Positions 37,075-40,349 of a stretch of 40,349 bases of DNA are shown here, piece after piece. The notes beneath the pieces are model-generated. The model was not told the DNA's origin. It saw only the letters and a program-made list of their open reading frames with translations, and made no database searches. This DNA comes from Salpingoeca rosetta (lineage: Eukaryota > Protista > Choanoflagellata): positions 1,706,229 through 1,746,577 of the forward strand of contig JAWQFM010000012.1 in assembly GCA_033442325.1 (NCBI GenBank), written 5' to 3'. Within the stretch, counting starts at the first letter, position 1. Each line of letters opens with the position of its first letter. A program made the position numbers and the translations under genes.

Positions 37075-37628
37075 TGTGACGGGACTGTGGTCGAGGTGTG
37101 TCGGTGGCTTGTTCTGTGTACTGATGCGAAGTAAACCAGGGAACAAAAGAACTGAACAAGGCACAGACAATCACGTGAGATAAGCGACAACAGGGTGCAG
37201 GGCAACACACACGTGCTAGCAGGCAACAAGAGGGGTGCTTGTGGTTAAGCAAGGGGGAAAACAAGAGACAAGGGCAACAGACGTAACACAGCATGCAGGC
37301 ATGTGTCGTGCCGTCATCTTAGTTGATGACGGTACCGTGCCAAGGGCTCGGGATCGCCGCCGAGAGGCAAGCAGTTCCGAGGCACTGGGCACGGCGTGAC
37401 ACGACACAGGCAAACGCTACTATACGACACTCACGAGTTAAACATGACGTCAATCAGGCTAAACATGACATCAGAACATTAGGAGAACAAAGAACATCCA
37501 GAGCAATACGGTGCCTCGAAGGGCGAGAAGGGGGGAAACAGGGGAACACAGCGGGACAAGGTGCAGTGGGTAAGGGAGTCGGAGAGGCAGAGGGGAGAGA
37601 CAGAGAGAGACAGGCGAGCGACGTTACA
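37075..37628 (-). repeat. 3' LTR (554 bp)
   Basis: Minus strand begins TGTAACG directly after the PPT and ends CGTCACA (imperfect terminal inverted repeat); 37075 is also where similarity to the upstream intergenic repeat stops. 5' LTR lies outside the window. Confidence 0.85.
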
Positions 37629-37642
37629 CCTTCCCCCTCTCT
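37629..37642 (-). promoter_or_regulatory. Polypurine tract (plus-strand primer)
   Basis: Minus strand AGAGAGGGGGAAGG immediately before TGTAAC, 15 nt after the pol stop. Confidence 0.9.
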
Positions 37643-37657
37643 AAAAACGGCTTGCCC

Positions 37658-40349
37658 TCAAGCCGCTGCGTTGCGCGAAGCCTGATGCCACTCCATGATC
37701 AGTGAACGCACGTCGCGTGTGAGCTGGTCCTCGTTGATCCAAGTGCTGTCGTTGATGTCGTAGCCGGCCCACTTGATCAGGTACTGCCTCTTGCCGCGTC
37801 GGACTCGCTCGTCGAGGATGCGTTCCACCTCGTATTCGTCCGATTCGCCGTCCGGCAGGGGTGGTGGTTCGTCATTGGGGCGCGTGTTGAAGTCTGACGG
37901 GCTGTTGACACACGGCTTGGTCTTGGTGACGTTGACGACCGGGTGCGCCCGCACGTGGCTGGGGAACCGGAGTCGCACGGTCGTGCGCGACGGCATGTCG
38001 ATGACAGTGAAGGGGCCTTGCCAGCGGGGCTTCAGCTTGTCCTTGGGTCGTCGCTGGTTGGCCTGGTCGACGAAGAGGTCAGCGGTGACCCATGCCTGAT
38101 CGCCGGGACTATATTTGATGTCGTCGCTGCGGCGCTGGTCGGCGTACCTCTTCTGCTTGTCCTGTGCCTGGGCGAGGGCGTCTCTTGCGGCGGTGATGAT
38201 GCTCTTGAGGCGCACCACGAAGTCCTCGGCTGCAGGTGTGTCCGTGCGGCGTATGGCCTGGCGGGTGACGAGTGTAGCTGGGATAATCGGGTGTCGGCCC
38301 GTCTCTAGGAAGAACGGAGACTGGCCCGTGGAGTCGCTCTTGCTGTTGTTAAGGGCGAACTCTACCACGGGGAGGAGTGAGTCCCAGTTGTCCATGCGGT
38401 AGTTGACGTAGTGGCGGAGGGTCTGCTCCATGGTGCGGTTCGTCCTTTCTGTTTGGCCGTCGGTCTGCGGGTGCTGCGATGTGGAGAATTGAAGTCGGGA
38501 CCCCAGCAAGCGGAAGGTCTCCTTCCAGAAGGCGCCGGTGAAACGGGGATCTCGATCAGACACAACTCTGGCAGGAAGTCCATGGTGTCGGAACACGTGG
38601 GAGATGAACAGCTTAGCCACGTCTCGGCCCGTGCACTTGCTAGTAGTCGCCGCCAGGTGACACCGTTTAGTCAGCCTGTCGACGAAGACCACGATGGCGT
38701 CCTGTCCTGTCCTGGTCCTGGGTAGTCCGGTGACGAGGTCGAGGCTGATATCGGTCCAGGGTTCTCGGGGAACGGGTAGGGGCTGCAGGGGACCAGGGGC
38801 AGCGCCCTGTCTCGGCTTGTGGCGCTGGCAGGATTTGCAGCTCCGCACATAGCGCTCCACGTCCCGCCCGCATCCGGGGCCAGTAGAAGTGGCGCGCTAG
38901 CGCCTCGTGGGTGCGGTGAATTCCTTGGTGGCCCGCTGTCGGAGTGTCGTGGAACTCAGCCAGAAGCGGCACGCGTGCCGTCTCTGGTATGCACCAGCGC
39001 AGAGGTATGTCCTCCGGGTGCTCCGGGTGCTCCTGGTAGATCAGCAGGTCTTCGTCATTGAGTCCGAAACGGCTGAGCTTCGCCGCCACGGCAGGCGGTG
39101 GTGTCTGGTCGGGGTTCTTCAGCGCCTTGTAGATCGGGCCGAATTCCTCGTCCTCCGCGATGTCGTTGCTGATGCGTTTGACCAGGTCCGCCGGCGTCGC
39201 GGTAGAGATGGCGGCGCATGTGATCTCCTGTGCGTCTGAGTCAGGGATCCTGCTAACGGCGTCGGCAGCTACGTTGGTCTTGCCCTTGATGTAACGGATG
39301 TCGAGGTCGTAGTCGTTCAGGAGCTCTATCCATCGCGCCCATCTGCCGTTCAATGTCTTCTGGGTGGTGATGTTCGTCAGTGAGCGGTGGTCGGTGAGGA
39401 TCGTGGTCCGTTTGTCGAGGAGGTACACGCGCCACTTGGTCAGCGCGTAGATCAAGGCGAGGGCCTCCTTGTCCCGCACTGGGTAGTTGAGCTCCGCGGC
39501 CTGGAGTTTCCGGGACTCGTACGCGACTGGCTGCCCATCTTGGAGTAGGACGGCGCCTATCGCTCGGTCTGATGCGTCGGTTGCCACCTCAAATGGCTGG
39601 CGCTGGTCAGGGATGCGGAGTGCAGGTGCTTGTGTCATACGACGCTTCAGCTCCCGGAAGGCCTCCTCCTGCGACGGGCCCCACTTGAACCCGTTCTTCT
39701 TGAGGGCGTCGTTGAGCGGGGCGCAGATCTTGGCGTAGTTGGCGATGAAGCGGCGGTTGAAGTTTGCTAGGCCTAGGAAGGACCGCAGCTGGGTTGTGCT
39801 CTGCGGCGTCGACCAGTTCTCGACGGCGTCCGCCTTGGCAGGGTGCATCTTGAGGTGGCCCTGTCCCACGATGAAGCCTAGGAACTCCACCTCCGTCTGG
39901 AACAGGTGACACTTGCTCGCCTTGCAGTACAGTCGATGGTCGCGGAGCTTCTGCAATACCTGACGGAGGTGCTGCTCATGGTCTTTCTCATTCTTGGAGT
40001 AGATGACGAGGTCGTCGATGTAGGGTGCCATGAACTTGTCCATTTCCTGCTTGAAGACGTTGTTGACGAGGCGTTGGAAGGTCGGGGGTGCGTTGGTCAA
40101 GCCAAAGGGCAGCACCAGAAATCGGAAGGTGCCGTAGCGAGTGCGAAAGGTCGTCTTGTCCTCGTCCCCGGCGCGAATGCGCACCTGATGATAACCGGAG
40201 CGCAGGTCGAGAGTTGAGAAGATCCGGGCGTCGCAGAGGCTGTCGATGATGTCATCAATGAGGGGAAGAGGGTACGAGTCCTTGACTGTCTGGGCATTCA
40301 GCTGTCGGTAGTCGATGCACATCCTTCGGGTCCCATCCTCTTCTGACGA
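37658..40349 (-). CDS. pol: Pol polyprotein (RT, RNase H, integrase, chromodomain), 5'-partial, one frameshift near 38868
   Basis: RT: MCIDYRQLN, LDLRSGYHQ, PFGLTNAP, YIDD. RNase H: VATDASD, TDH. Integrase: H-x5-H..CKSC, DISLD, SDRD, GQTER, GPF. Chromodomain: EYEVERILDERVRRGKRQYLIKWAGYDINDSTW. Confidence 0.95.

Larger units (their letters stand above)
37075..40349 (-). mobile_element. Ty3/gypsy LTR retrotransposon, chromovirus type, 3' portion
   Basis: RT-RNase H-integrase-chromodomain order, followed by a polypurine tract and an LTR with TG...CA ends. Confidence 0.96.

Noticed and set aside
38860-38875. Programmed ribosomal frameshift in pol
   Set aside because: It lies inside the integrase, not at the gag-pol junction, and has no slippery heptamer.
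40323-40349. Odd SSEEDG upstream of the RT MCIDYR motif
   Set aside because: The usual FVKKKDG is recoverable by adding a few A bases; probably end-of-contig errors.

Overview
Eukaryotic, intron-rich DNA with (CA)n-laden introns; the style fits a choanoflagellate such as Salpingoeca rosetta (inference, not checked). Contents: (1) 1-14268, an internal, intron-free piece of a giant IPT/TIG-repeat surface protein; ~54 domains, an identical 515-bp in-frame re-occurrence 13,707 bp (52 domains) apart and an older 26-domain period; it ends at a 100-N gap. (2) 15423-32637 (+), a spliced gene the ORF track breaks up. Spliced by hand it gives a ~4,000-aa type-I membrane protein: signal peptide, NO66/MINA/ycfD-type JmjC Fe(II)/2OG oxygenase, RDKR furin-type site, ~250-aa (CDxx)n Cys/Asp polymer on 15 small exons, 394-N gap, TNFR-like Cys repeats, TMEM132-like module, cohesin, dockerin, more Cys repeats, TM helix, and a kinase-less tail of NPxY/EYMD motifs on phase-1 exons. 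(3) 33423-35508 (-), a 4-exon GT77-like glycosyltransferase. (4) Degenerate intergenic duplications. (5) 37075-40349 (-), the 3' part of a Ty3/gypsy chromovirus (pol, PPT, 554-bp LTR). Best candidate for a new system: the secretory-pathway JmjC oxygenase fused, via a cleavage site, to a possible Cys/Asp substrate polymer on a signalling receptor. All domain calls are by eye; no searches were run.
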